Source: Mobula birostris
Taxonomy: Eukaryota
Reading direction: 5' to 3'
Assembly (NCBI RefSeq): GCF_030028105.1
Contig: NC_092383.1
Coordinates: forward strand, 97,921,604-97,985,603
Length of the DNA: 64,000 bases
This document shows positions 35,600 to 49,181 of this stretch, piece by piece. Under the pieces are notes generated by a model. The model did no database searches and had not been told where the DNA came from. It saw nothing but the letters and a program-made list of their open reading frames with translations. Every line of letters starts with the position of its first letter. The stretch's first letter is position 1. A program made the position numbers and the translations under genes.

Positions 35600-38500
35600 C
35601 AGAAATGATTTTGATCAAACTCTAGAGTTGGAGGGAAGTTTTCCACATGGTGCAAACGCTGTGAGAATAATTGTGCTGTGAATGTCACAGCGCTTCCTTC
35701 CTGATTGTGTTCTGTTTGTCAAGAGGCCAAGCATACAGTTGCAGACGGAGGTGTTGTGTCTCATTTCTAGGAGTTTGGAGATGATTTTCCTTGGAATTGT
35801 GGAATAGAGGATGGATCTGTGTTTGTTAAACAATTGCCTAAGATAGGTGTCTTTACTACACATGGAGGCCACTGTGGGGACAGGGTGAAGACTCCCTCTG
35901 GATGGTACAAACATTGTTTCTGTGAACTGCAGTGAGGCGGAGAACTCCATGCCACAGTGAGAAGGAGATGATCTGTCCAGCTGGCTGGAGATGGTTTGTC
36001 CAGCTGGCCAGGGAGGCTATGGGATGTGGAGGGGAACCTGCAGTTGGTGGTGTTCTCCTGTGCTGCTGCTCTTATCCGTCCTGGTGGGAGAGGTGACAGG
36101 TTTGCAAGGTCCTGTCACAGTAGCTTGGGTGAGTGACTACAGTAGATTTTGCAGATGGTGCACACTGCACAGGATTGTGATATTATGGTTACCTGGCTGA
36201 CTGGCAGCTCAGTGTTCTGGGGTACAGATGCTACTGGTATGACCATGGTAGAGGTAAGAGAGGAACGAGAGATGTAATATCGATTAGGGAGAACATCACA
36301 AAACTGCATAAGCTTCAGGAGCAGAATTAGGCCATTTGGTCTGTTGAGTCTGCTCTGTCATTCAATCACATTTCTCCTGTCTTCACACTGAAACTCGTAA
36401 CCCCTTACCAATCAAGAACCAATTGATCTCTCACTTAAATACACTCAATAACTTCACCACCACAGACCTCCCTGGCAACAAATTCCACAGATTGACCACC
36501 ATCTGTGAATAAGGAGATTCGTCCATCATTTCCTCATTCTCCTTTGCTTCTTTTCTCGTGTCATATTCCAGTAGTCCAATATCCTCTCTTGCCTAGTTCT
36601 TAACCTTTTTATGCCCCATAAAACGTTTGGAATCTTCTTTTATTGTCTACTGTGGTATTTCATCTTCTCCTCTTGTACAGCTATTTAGGTTGTTGACTGT
36701 TGGGTTTTACCCTTTTCCCAAACCTCTGACTTAACACAAATCTTTGCCATATTGTAATGCCTTCTCTTTTGCTGTTATGCCGCCTGTGACTTCCCTTGTC
36801 AGCCACCATTTCCTCATCCTCCCCTTTGTGTTCTTCTTCTTACTTGGGATGAAATTCTGCTTTCTCCCAGAAACTCCTGCCTTTGCTGCTTCGTTCTTTT
36901 TCGTGCTGGGACCCATCAGACCATAAGATATAGAAGCAGAAGGAGGCCATTCGGCCCATTGAGTCTGTTCTGCTATTCAATCATGGGCTGATCCAATTCC
37001 TCCAGTTTCCACATTCCTCTACCTTCTCCCCATACCCTTTGATGTCCTGGCTAATCAAGATCCTATCTGTCTCTGCCTTCAATGCACCCAATGACTTGGC
37101 TTCCACAGCCACTTGTGGCAACAAATTCCAAAGATTTACCACCCTCTGACTAAAGTTATTTCTCCACACCTCTGTTCTAAATGGGTGTCCTTTAGTCCTG
37201 AAGTCATGCAATCTTTTCCTAGACTCCCCTACCATGGGAAATCATATCTGATCTGTTCAGGCCTTTTAACATTCAAAATGTTTCTATGAGATTCCCCCTC
37301 ATTCTCTTGAACTCCAGGGAATACAGCCCAAGAGCTGCCAGATGTTTCTCATACAATAACACTTTCATTCCTGGAATCATTCTTGTGAATCTTCTCTGAA
37401 CCCTCTCCAATGTCAGTATATCCTTCCTAAAATATGGAGCGCAAAACTGCAACCAATACTCCAAGTCCTTTCCTGCCTATCACTTCCCTGCTTCCCCTCC
37501 CCCACCCTTTTATCTTTCCCCTTACTGGTTTGTCACCTGGAACCTACCAGCCTTCACCTTCCCATCCTCCCCCCACCTTCTTTATAGGGCCTCTGCTCCT
37601 TCCCTCTTCAGTCCTGATGAAGGGTTCCAGCCCAAAACATTGACTGATCGTTTCCATGGATGCTGCCCGACCTGCTGAGTTCCTCCAGCGTGTTGTGAGT
37701 GAATACTTGAAGTGTGGTCTCATGAGTGCCTTATGGAGCTTCAACATCACATCCCTGCTCTTATATTCTATAACTCTAGAAATGAATGTCAACATTGCAT
37801 TCGCCTTCTTCACCACTGAATCAACCTGGAGGTTAAACTTTAGGGTATCCTGCACAAGGACTCCCAAGTCCCTTTGCATCTCTGCATTTAGAGTTCACTT
37901 CCCACTTAAATAATAGTCTCCCTGTTTATTTCTTCCACCAAGTGATTGTATTTCATTTGCTGCTTCTTTGCCCATTTCCCTAAATTATCTACTTCTCTCT
38001 GCAGGCTCTCTGTTTCCTCAACACTACCCGCTCCTCCATCTATCTTTGTATCATCAATTCCCTCCAATCGACTCTGGCCAGCTCCTCTCTCATGCCTCTG
38101 TAGTTATCCTTGCTCATCACAAGGAGATGTTGGCCAGGTTAGAACTTTATTCAGATCATAGGAGACTGAGACATGATCTTTTAGAGAGCTATGAAATCGT
38201 GGGGCACTGATAGGGTGTATATATTCTGCTTTTCTATCTCTTGGGAGAAAAAGCACATGAGAAAGGCAGTGTTTCTCACATGCCTTTTGTACCCTCATGC
38301 TGATTGCTATTCTGCAGCCTGTACATGTCCCTTCAGGGTCTTGTGACCTTTGAAGTTCATCAACTCCATCCACAAACGTTCTTAATCTATGGATCCTCTC
38401 ATCAATCTGTTTTATGGGTTTATTTCATTCTTTTTACCAAATCATCCCTCTGCCCAGCAACCTGCCTTTTTGATGGGATGAATATCATTGGATGTTTAGC

Positions 38501-41500
38501 TCCCAGCTCTGACCCTCTTTCAGCCACATCTCCATAGTGCCCACAAGCTCGTAGCCACCAGTTTTGATCATGGTAATACTTGGAGAGTCCATTTCTGGAG
38601 GGTCAGCCAGTGAGGCTATACATATACAACTTAGAAATAATAGTGGATGATCACTTTGAGGGATGTACTGTGCTGTAGGTGCCAGTAATCAGTGGGAATT
38701 AGAGAAGTTACAGATAGCTGTAGGAATAATAGGGTTATTACAGGTCCCTGATGGAGACTTGGACTGCAATAGTACCAGGGTATTGAATGGGATGGAATTA
38801 GTTGCGTGTCCAGTAAGGCCCTCTGAAGAAATATGCAGATGATCCTCAAGGTTCAAAGTAAATTTATCATCTCAGTACATATATGTCACCAGACACAATC
38901 CTGAGATTTGTTTTCATGCAGGGAAGCTCAGTAAATCCAAGAAACATAACAGAATCAATGAAAGATCACACTCAACAGGATGGACAAACAATAAATGTGC
39001 AAAAGACAACAAAGTGCAAAAAATGAAATAAAATAATAAATAAATAAATAGCAATAAATATCAGAAGTACAAGGTGAAGAGTCCTTGAAAGTGAGCCCTT
39101 AGTTTGTGGGACAAGTTCAGTGATGGAGCGAGTAAACTTCAATGAAGTTATCAGCTCTGTTTCAAGAGCCTGGTGGTTGAAGGTAATAACTTTACCTGAA
39201 CCTGGCTGTGTGGGTCCTGAGTCTCCTGAACCTGGAATATGCCTTGAGGACTACAGGGCATGTAGGAGTGCACTTACAAAGCTGATTAGGAGTGCAAAAT
39301 GACATGGAGTCATAGAGAAATACTGCACAGAAATCGGCCCTTTGGCCCATCTATTCGATTGCACTATTTAAACTGCCCGCTCCCATCAACCTGTTCTGGG
39401 ATCAGAGACCTCCTTACCACTCCCATCCAAACTTCATTTAAATGTTGAAATCAAACTTGCACACACCAGCTCATTCAAGACTCTCACAACCCTCTGAATG
39501 AAGAAGTTTCCCCTCATGTTAGAACCATAGAACCATAGAAACTACAGCACAGAAACAGGCCCTTTGGCCCTTCTTGGCTGTGCCGAACCATTTTCTGCCT
39601 AGTCCCACTGACCATATGTTCACCATACACTTTCCACCTTTCCCCCTCAACCTATGACCTCTGGTTGTGGTCCCACCCAAACTCAGTGGAAAACACCTGC
39701 TTTCATTTACTCTATCCCTTATAACTCTGTTTACCTTGATCAAATTTCCTCGGCATCATCTACATTCCAAGGAATAAATTCCTAATTTTATTTGATCTTT
39801 CCATGTAACTCAGATCCTCCAGAACTGGCAACAACCTTGTAAATTTTCTCTGTACTCTCTCAGCCTTTTTCATCTTTCCTGTAGGTTAGTGACCAGAACT
39901 GCACACTATACTCCAAATTAGGCCTCACCAACGTCCTATACAACTTCAACATAACATCTCATCTCCTGTACTTAATATTTTGATTTATGAAGGCCAATGT
40001 GCCAAAAGCTTTCTTCATGATCCTATCAATGTGTGAGGCCACTTTCAATGAATTATGGGCCTGTATTCCCAGATCCCTTGGTTCCACCACACCCCTCAGC
40101 GCCCAACTGTTCACAGTGTAAGAGCTACCCTGGTTGCTCCTACTAAAATGCAACACCTTGATCTTGTCTGCATTAATTTCCATCAGCTGTTTTTCATCCT
40201 ATTTTTCCAGCTGGTCCAGATCTCACTGAAAGCCATGATAGTCTTTCTCACTGTCCGCAACACCCCCAATCTTGGTGTCATCTGTAAATCTGCTGATCCA
40301 GTTAAGCACATTGTTATCCATGGACCCAGCACTGTTCTCTGTGGTACTCCACTAGTCACTGGTCTCCAGTCAGAGACACAACTATCTGCTACCACTATCT
40401 GGCTTCTTCGGCAAAACCGATGTCTAATCCAATTTACTACCTCAAATTGATGCTTAAAAACCGAACCTTCTTGACCATGCTGCCATGTGGGACCTTGTCA
40501 AATGCTTTGCTGAAGTCCATGTGGAGAACATCCACTGCCTTGCCTTCATCCACGTTCCTGGCAACTTCCTCAAAAAACCCTATAAGATTTTTTTCGACAT
40601 GACCTGCCATGCAAGAGACAAAGCAGTCTATCCTTAATTAGTTCATGTCTTTCCAAATACTCATATATGCAGTCCCTTAGAATATCTTCCAGTCACTTTC
40701 CCACTGACGTCAGACTCACCAGCCTATAATCTCCTGGTTTATTTTTAGAGCCTTTCTTAAATTACGTGACTCCCTCACCCTAGGAAGCATCCTCTCCACA
40801 TCCTGTGGTTGTGGAGTCTAAAACCGGAGGACACAGCATTTCAGCTGAATTCCAGTGAGTGGAGGCCCAGAGCCATCAAACACTTCAGTTACGACAAGCG
40901 CTTCAAAACTGCTCACAATACTCCAAGTGAGGCCTCAGCAGTGTTTTATAAAGCCTCAACATTATATCCTTGTTTTTATATTCGGGTCCTCGGCAATGAG
41001 TGCTAACATTACACTTGCCTTCCTCACCCACTGACTCAACCTGCAAATTAACCTGCCAATGCACTCTCAAGTCCCTTTGCACCTCAGAATTTTCAAATTT
41101 ACTCTCCATTCAGAAAATAATCTGCACTTTTATTTTTTGTACCAAAGTGCATAGCCATACATTTTCCAACACTGTATTCCATTTGCCACTCCTTTGCCCA
41201 TTCTCACAATCTGTCTGTCACTCTGTAGCTTCTTTGCTTCCTCTAAACTACCCGCCCTTCGACCTACCTTCATATCGTCTGCAAACTTTGCAACAAAGCC
41301 TTCAATTCCATCATCCAAATCATTGACATATAATGGAAAAGAATCAGTCTCAACATAGACCACTGTAGAACATCACTAGTCACTGGCAACCAACCAGAAA
41401 AGACTCCTTTTATTCCCACTCTTTGCCTCCTGCCAGACAACCATTTCCCTGTAATACTATGGGCTCGGAGCTTGTTAAGCAGCCTCACGTGTGACACCAT

Positions 41501-42232
41501 CTGAAATTCCAAGTACACAACAGCGCCCAATTCTTCTTTACTTTTATCTATTTTGCTTGTTATTTCTTCAAAGAACTCTTTAGCAATTGTTAGAAAAGAT
41601 TTCCCCTTGAGGAAACCATGCTGACTGCTGCCTATTTTATCATGTCCCTCCAAATACCCCAAAATGACATCCTTAACAATCAACTCAAACATCTTCCCAG
41701 CCACTGAGGTCAGACTAACTAGCCCATAATTTCCTTTCTACTACCTCCCTCCCTTCTTGAAGAGTGGAGTGACATTTGCAATTTTCCAGTCCCCCTGAAC
41801 AATGCCAGAATCTCTTGATTCTTGAAAGATTGTTACCAACATCTTCACAATCCAGGTGACTTACCAATCTTCAAACCTTTCAGTTTCCCAAGAACCTTGT
41901 CCTTAGGAATGGCAACTTCATACAATACAGCTTCCCAACATTCTTGAACTGCCAGCATTCTGCTAGTGTATTCCACAGTAAAGGCTGATGCAAAATAGTT
42001 ATTCCATTCATCTGCCATTTCCTTGTCAACACATTACTACCTGTCCCGCATTATTTTGCAGTGGTCCAATTTCTACTCGCACCTCAATTTTGCACTTTGA
42101 ATATCTAAAGAAACTTTTGGTCTTTAATATTGTTGGCTGGCTTACATTCATATTCCCTCTTTTCCTTCTTTATGAATTTTTGTTTGCCTTCTGTTAGTTT
42201 TAAAAATCTTCCCAATCCACTAACTCTTTATA
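35600..42232. mobile_element. Mosaic of decayed CR1-like and Rex1-like fragments, mostly - strand
   Basis: CR1 RT motifs in ORFs 36981..37235, 37273..37464, 37544..37879, 39959..40183, 40183..40395, 40903..41109 and 41270..41704. Boundaries were not resolved. Confidence 0.75.
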
Positions 42233-44940
42233 TGTCATGGTCCGGATCAGGGTCCCTTTAAATTTAGTTTGTTTATGTTATGATCCAGACCATTGGTTCC
42301 CTGTTTTCCCGTGTCCCTTGACTTTGGTGATTAAAGGCAATTAACACTCGGCTGAACTGGTAGTTTACATTCTCTGGATTTCAGCCATTCGGTGCGGGAG
42401 CATCTGCAAAGTCATCCAAGGAACGGTGTACCAATGTCACCTGGCTGGAACAAGCCTAGTCTCTGCCGAAGCGAGTGCCGGTAATTCGCCTCTCCTCACT
42501 GGAGCAACCCTGTCCAGTTACCTCACTAAAGCGAGCCTGCAAAGTTTCCTCACCGAGGTGGGTCCGTCAGTTAACCCGCCGGAGGGAATCAAGAACCACT
42601 ATCTACTGTTTCTGGGTCGAGTCGAGAGCTCGCCACTACCCGCAGGCTCCAAGTCATGTCCTGGCTCCGGGGGCATTCAAGCACCAAGTCAAGAGCTGGT
42701 CCTGGCGGCATTCAAGCACCAAATCAAGTCCTGTCCCTGGCGGCATCCCAGTTTTCAGTCAAGTCCTGGCCCTGGCCGTCTGTGATTCCTGTCCTCCCCC
42801 CTTGTTTGAATCCCTTCTGTGCCCCTCTCGCCTCTAGCCCTCATATGCAGCCCCCACCATCACTTCGGTCTAGTTCCATCACCGGAGCTAGATAGGTACT
42901 GTCTGGTGCTCAATTGTGTTGGTCTTGTCTTGTCTGGTCCTCACCTCCGTGGGGGTAAGTCAGGCCATCTTGCCGTTGTCCCGCGGAGGGTCATTAGTCC
43001 CGGCGCTATGTCCTGTGCCCAAGGAGGGGTCCCGTCTCTCTGTTCTGTGTGCGAGTCCCGGCCCTACGTCCTGTACCCAAGGAGGGGTCCCGGCTCTCTG
43101 TTCTGTATGTGTCCATGGTTCTATGTACCTGCTCTCCCAAGACCGAGGCTCTGTTTTCCATGTTCCTCCTCTCCCTAGCCCATGTCATGTCCATGTCTGG
43201 TTCTGGGGTGTGAGCCCGAGGCAAGACCCAGGTACTGGGTCCTTGCCCAGTCTCGGGCTCGGAGTCTATACCCTAGCCTCTTCATGTCTCCTCTACTTCT
43301 GGGAGCCGATTCCAAGTCCAAGCCCAGACCCTGTTTCCCAGCCCAGTCATTGTCCTGAGTCCTTGTCCTGTTCGCTACTCCTGCTCCTGCCTAGCGCTCC
43401 TGGTATCAAACAATAAACTAAATCTAAGTAACCTCACAAGATGTGTCTTGCACTTGGGTCCACCCATGCTCCCAATCCCCCGCCATTGTGACAGAATGCT
43501 CCCGCCAAACATGTACCCAGCAGACACAAACTGTTTTTCCAAACTCTTGTCAGCCTGAAAGTCAAGATGTTGTTCTGTTTTGCCCGCCGGCCAAACACCC
43601 TCCACCCACCCGGGTCATCGATAATACAGGCAAATCTGTTGGTCGCCTGGAGGCTCCCATTGGGAGGTGGGTACTGTCATGGTCCGGATCGGGGTCCCTT
43701 TAAATTTAGCTTGTTTATGTTACGATCTGGACTGATAATTCCCTGTTTTCCCGTGTCCCTCGACTTTGGTGATTAGAGGCAATTAACACTCGGCTGAACC
43801 GGTAGTTTATAGTCTCCGGATTTCAGCCGTTTGGTGCCGGAGCATCTGCAATGTCATCCGGGGTATGATCTGCCGATGTCATCTGGCTGGAGCAAGCCTA
43901 GTCTCTGCCGAAGCGAGTGCCGGTAATTTGCCTCTCCTCACTGGAGCATCCCTGTCCAGTTACCTCACCAAAGCGAGCCTGTAAAGTTTCCTCACCAAGG
44001 TGGGTCTGTCAGTTAACCTGCGGGAGGGAATCAAGAACCGTTGTCTACTGTTCCCAGGTCGAGTCAAGAGCTCGCCACTACCCGCAGGCTCCAAGTCAAG
44101 TCCTGGCTCTGGGGGCATTCAAGCACCAAGTCAAGTCCTGTACCTAGCAGCATTCAAGCACCAAGTCAAGTCCTGGCCCTGGCGGCTTCCCAGTTCTGAG
44201 TCAAGTCCTGGTCCTGGTGGTCTGTGATTCCTGTCCTACCCCTTGTCTGAATCCCTTCTGTGCCCCTCTCGCCTCTAGCCCTCGTATGCAGCCCCCGCCT
44301 GCACTTCAGTCTAGTTCCATCACCGGAGCTAGATAGGTACTGCCTGGTGTTCATTCGTATTGGTCTTGTCTTGTCCTCGCCTCCGTGGGGTAAGTCAGGC
44401 CGTCTTGCCTTTGCCCCACGGGGAGTCATGTCTTGTCTTGTCCTCACCTCCGTGGGGGTAAGTCAGGCGGTCTTGCTGTTGCCCCGTGGAGGGTCATTAG
44501 TCCCGGCACTATGTCCTGTAACCAAGGAGGGGTCCCGGCTCTCTGTTCTGTGTATGTGTCCATGGTTCCATGTACCTGCCCTCCCAAGACCGAGGCTCTG
44601 TTTTCCATGTTCCTCCTCTCCCTAGCCCATGTCATGTCCATGCCTGGTTCTGGGGTGCAAGCCCGAGGCAAGACCCAGTTACTGGGTCCTTGCCCAGTCT
44701 CAGGCTCAGAGTCCATACCCTAGCCTCTTCATGTCTCCTCTAGTTCTGGGAGCCGATTTCGAGTCCAAGCCCAGACCCTTGGTCCCAGCCTAGTCGTAGT
44801 CCTGAGTCCTTGTCCTGTTCACTACTCCTGCTCCTGCCTAGCTCTCCTGGTATCGAACAATAAACTAAATCTAAGTAACCTCACAAGATGTGTCTAGCAT
44901 TTGGGTCCACCCTTGCTCCCAATCCCCCGCCATTGTGACA
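42233..44940 (+). mobile_element. Two-LTR Gypsy-derived non-autonomous element with a 181-bp internal region; 5-bp TSD TTATA
   Basis: LTR1 42233-43493 and LTR2 43675-44940 both run TGTCA...TGACA. The internal part starts GAATGCTCCCGCCAAACATGTACCCAGCAGAC and ends TGGGAGGTGGGTAC. TTATA at 42228-42232 and 44941-44945. Confidence 0.92.
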
Positions 44941-44945
44941 TTATA

Positions 44946-45560
44946 ATTTTTACTTCTTCGTTGGGATGTATATATCCTGCACCTTACAAATTGCTCCAGA
45001 AATTCCAGTCATTGCTGCTCTACAATAATTGCTGGTAGCATTCAATTTTGGTCAGCTCTTTTCCCATGCCTCTGTAATTCCCTTTACTCCACTGTGATGA
45101 CAATACAGCAATCTTTATCTCTTCCTGCTCAAATTACATGGTGAATTCTATCATATATGGTCACTTGTCCCAAAGTGTTCCTTTACCTTAAGCCCTCTTT
45201 TCAGTACTGGTTCATTGCACAGCATCCAATCCAGAATAGCTGATCCCCTCGTGGGCTCAACCATGAGCTGCCCTAAAACCAGATCTCATACTTATTCCAG
45301 AAACTCCCCCTCTTGGGATCCAGCAGCAACTTGATTTTCCCAATCTACCTGCACATTGAAATCCTCCATGACAATTGTAATGCTGCCCTTTTGACATGCA
45401 TTTTCTGGCTGCTGTTGTACTTTGTCAACAACATCTTTACTTCTGTTTGGGATTCTGTCGATAACTCCCATCACTATCTTTTTACCCTTGTAGTTCCTTA
45501 ATTCAACCCAAAACGATTTTACACATTCTGATCCTATGTCATCTCTTTCTAATGATTTGA
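44946..45560 (-). mobile_element. CR1-like ORF2 endonuclease fragment (host of the LTR insertion)
   Basis: ORF 45292..45684 includes GGGVALLVKNKI, FWVELRNYKG and IVMEDFNVQVDW. Confidence 0.8.
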
Positions 45561-47007
45561 TTTTATTTTTTACCAACAGAGCTACACCACCCCTCTGCCT
45601 GTCTGCTTTCATTTTGATACCTGAACAGCCACACTCTGATTGAGGAACAGTTCCTTCCCCTCCACCATCAGATTTCTGAACCATGAACCCAGTAACAATA
45701 CCTTGCTATTCCTCTTTGTCATGGTTTATTATTTGTAATTTAGTGTAATTGTTGTTTCGTGGCAACCTTGCACTGGACAACAGATTTCACAACATTGGTC
45801 AGTGATAATAAACCGGATTCGTGGCGGATGTTCGATTGAGCAGCTGGTGCATATCACAAATCCTGCTTATGGAACCACTGACACAAGGCAGACAATCTCT
45901 AAAGAGGATTAATAATAGTTGGGTGACAAATCTTGTGAAGACACTGCAAAAAGGTGGCAATGGCAAACAAGTTTAGTAGAAAATTTGTCTAGAGTAGTCA
46001 TTGTCAAGACCACGATTGTCCATGTTAGATGAAACAGAACATAATGAATGAATGAATAAACCTGAATTTGATTCTGACCACAGTGTGCACCACTTGCCAC
46101 CCGAGGTCCCTCCACGGAGAGACCTTCACTGAGAGTCTCATCTCCCACCAGATGGCACAGCAGATCATCAGGCAGGAATGGTTTGCAGACAAGGATAAGG
46201 AATGGTAGCGTCTGTAGGAGCAGACCGTACCAAATCTACTTCCACACACCACAGAATGGTAAAGAGGCGACTTGTGTTTTATTTGGGATCTCTCCTACGG
46301 AGAAGGTATGACATGTACAAAAGGGATGGGTTACACCTGAAGCTGAAGGGGACCAATATCTTTTCAGGTTTGTTGTCTGGGAATTAAGCTAATTTGGCAG
46401 GGGGATGGGAGCCAGAGTGATAGCACTGAGGATGGGGAGGTTGGTTTACAAATGGAGGCAGTGAGTAGTGAGACTACTAGCAAGGAGAGGCTGATGATTG
46501 GACAAAATTGTAGTCAACGGGTTGAGTTGCAAATCCTGGGAAGTTCCACACCCTGGGCCTCTGTACCTCCATTTGCAACTGGATCCTCAGCTTTCTAACA
46601 AGAAGACACGATGTGTGCAGATTGGAAATAACATCTCTACTTCGCTGACAATCAACACTGGCACATCTCAGCGATGCGTGCTTACTCTGCACCAATGACC
46701 ATGTAGCTAGGCACAGCTCAACTGTCATCTATCAATTTGCTGATGATACAACCATTGTTCGTCGAAACTCAGGTGGTGATGAGCGGGCGTAGTGGAGCAT
46801 CTAGTTGAGTGATGTTGCCATAACTAACTTGCACTCAACATGAGTAAGACCAAGGAACTGATTGTGGACTTTAGCAAGGGCAAGGCGAGGGAATAAATAC
46901 TCCTCAGGAAGTGATCACAAGTGAAAACAGTGAGTAATTTTAAGTTCCTGGGTGTCAATATCACTGAGGACCGAACCTGGACATAAAATATTGACACAGC
47001 TATAATG

Positions 47008-47520
47008 ACCGACTCAGGTTGGAGGAACCACTCCTTCTATTCCACCTGGGTAGTCTCCAACCTGATGGCATGAACATTGACTTCTCTAACTTCTGTTAAT
47101 GCCCCACCTCCCCCTCGTACCCCAGCCCTTATTTATTTATTTATTTTCCCTCTTTTTGTTTTCCCACCTCTCTTTTTTCTCCCTCTGTCCCTCTCACTGT
47201 AACTCCTTGCCCATCCTCTGGGTACCCCTTCCCCTTTCTTTCTCCCTAGGCCTCCTCTCCCATGATCCTCTCCCTTCGCCAGCCTCTTATCCCTTATGCC
47301 AATCACCTGTCCAGCTCTTGGCTCTATCCCTCCCCCTCCTGTCTTCTCCTATCATTTTGAACCTCCCTCTCCCAGTCCCACTCCCACTTTCAAATCTCTT
47401 ACTAACTCTTCTTTCAGTTAGTCCTGACGAAGGGTCTCGGCCCGAAACGTCAACTGAACCTCTTCCTAGAGATGCTGCCTGGCCTGCTACGTTCACCAGC
47501 ATTTTTTGTGTGTGTTGCGA
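47008..47520 (+). mobile_element. Penelope-like element 3' end (endonuclease C-terminus + pseudo-LTR) with a hammerhead motif at 47420-47456
   Basis: Encodes RLRLEEPLLLFHLGSLQPDGMNIDFSNF*, followed by a pyrimidine-rich UTR and AGTC-CTGACGA-AGGG-TCTCGG-CCC-GAAAC-GTC-AACTG. Confidence 0.75.
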
Positions 47521-47970
47521 TAATGAACAACAGCTATATTTCATTATGAGTTTGAGAATATTTGTTTTGTCTGCGAAAAGAGTTGAAAATTTCTACAGAT
47601 GTCCCATGGGAAGCTTCGTATACATATTATACATTCTATATTTATATTTAATGCAATTTAGTTTCTTTTTCTCTATCATCATGTATTGCATTGTCCTGCT
47701 AACTCAAACTTATCAAATTTCACGACCCATGCCGGTGATAATAAACCTGATTCTGATTCTGAATATTAAAAGACCTAAACCGATGGACTTGGAGAGGATG
47801 TTTCATATAGGGGCTGTGTCTTCGACCACAGGGCACAGCCTCAAAACACAATGATGCCCCTTTGAAACAGAAATGCCCCTGTGAAACAGAAATGCCCCTC
47901 CTCTTCCCTTTCTCCCATTGCCCTCTCTTCTCTCTGATCAGATACCTTCTTCCCCAGCCTGTTTCCTTCA

Positions 47971-49181
47971 GAAACATAGAAACATTGAAAATAGGTGCAG
48001 GAGTAGGCCATTTGGCCCTTCGAGCCTGCACCGCCATTCAGTATGATCATGGCTGATCATCCAACTCTGAACCATGTGCCTGCCTTCTCTCCATACCCAC
48101 TGATCCCTTTACCTACAAGGGCCATATCTAACTCCCTCTTAAATATAGGCAATGAACTGGCCTCAACTGTTTCCTGTGGCAGAGAATTCCACAGATTCAC
48201 CACTCTCTGTGTGAAGACGTTTTTCCTCATCTCGGTCTTAAAAGGCTTCCCCTTTATCCTCAAACTGTGATCCCTCGTTCTGGACTTCCCCAACATCGGG
48301 AACAATCTTCCTACATCTAGCCTGTCCAATCCCTTTAGAATTCTATACGTTTCAATAAGATCCCCCCTCAATCTTATAAATTCCAGAGAGTATAAGCCTA
48401 GTTGATCTAGTCTTTCATCAAATGAAAGTCCTGCCGTCCCAGGAATCAATCTGGTGAACCTTCATTGTACTCCCTCTATGGCAAGAATGTCTTTCCTCAG
48501 ATTAGGGGACAAAAACTGCACACAATACTACAGGTGCGGTCTCACCAAGGCCTTGTACAACTGCTGTAGTACCTCCCTGCTCCTGTACTCGAATCCTCTT
48601 GCTATGAATGCCAGCGTACCAGTCGCCTTTTTCACCGCCTGCTGTACCTGCATGCCCACTTTCAATGACTGGTGTATAATGACACCCAGGTCTCGTTGCA
48701 TCTCCCCTTTTCCTAATCGGCCACCATTCAGATAATAATCTGTTTTCCTGTTCTTGCCTTCAAAGTGGATAACCTCACATTTATCCACATTAAATTGCAT
48801 CTGTCATGAATTTGCCCACTCACCTAACCTATCCAAGTCACCCTGCATCCTCTTAGCATCCTCCTTGCAGCTAACACTGCCGCCCAACTTCATGTCATCC
48901 ACAAACTTGGAGATGCTGCATTTAATTCCCTCGTCTAAGTCATCAATATAGGTTGTAAACAACTGGGATCCCAGCACCGAGCCTTGCGGTACCCAACTAG
49001 TCACTGCCTGCCATTCTGAAAAGGTCCCGTTTATTCCCAGTCTTTGCTTCCTGTTTGCCAACCAATTCTCTATCCACATCAATACCTTACTCCCAATACC
49101 ATGTGCTTTAAGTTTGCACACTGATCTCCTGTGTGGGACCTTGCCAAAAGCCTTTTGAAAATTCAAATATACCACATCCAC
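47971..49181 (-). mobile_element. CR1-like LINE 3' 1.2 kb, little decayed
   Basis: ORFs 48804..49181, 48528..48800 and 48057..48449 tile the RT and C-terminus; (GAAACATA)n tail. Confidence 0.93.

Noticed and set aside
34013-35608. Pro/Ser/Leu-rich and Gly/Glu/Arg-rich ORFs up to 390 aa
   Set aside because: Translation of a polypyrimidine/polypurine tract, open in nearly all frames.
42426-44723. Multiple 70-166 aa ORFs in the duplicated 1.26-kb blocks
   Set aside because: They lie within LTRs, differ in frame between the two LTR copies, and have no recognisable motifs.
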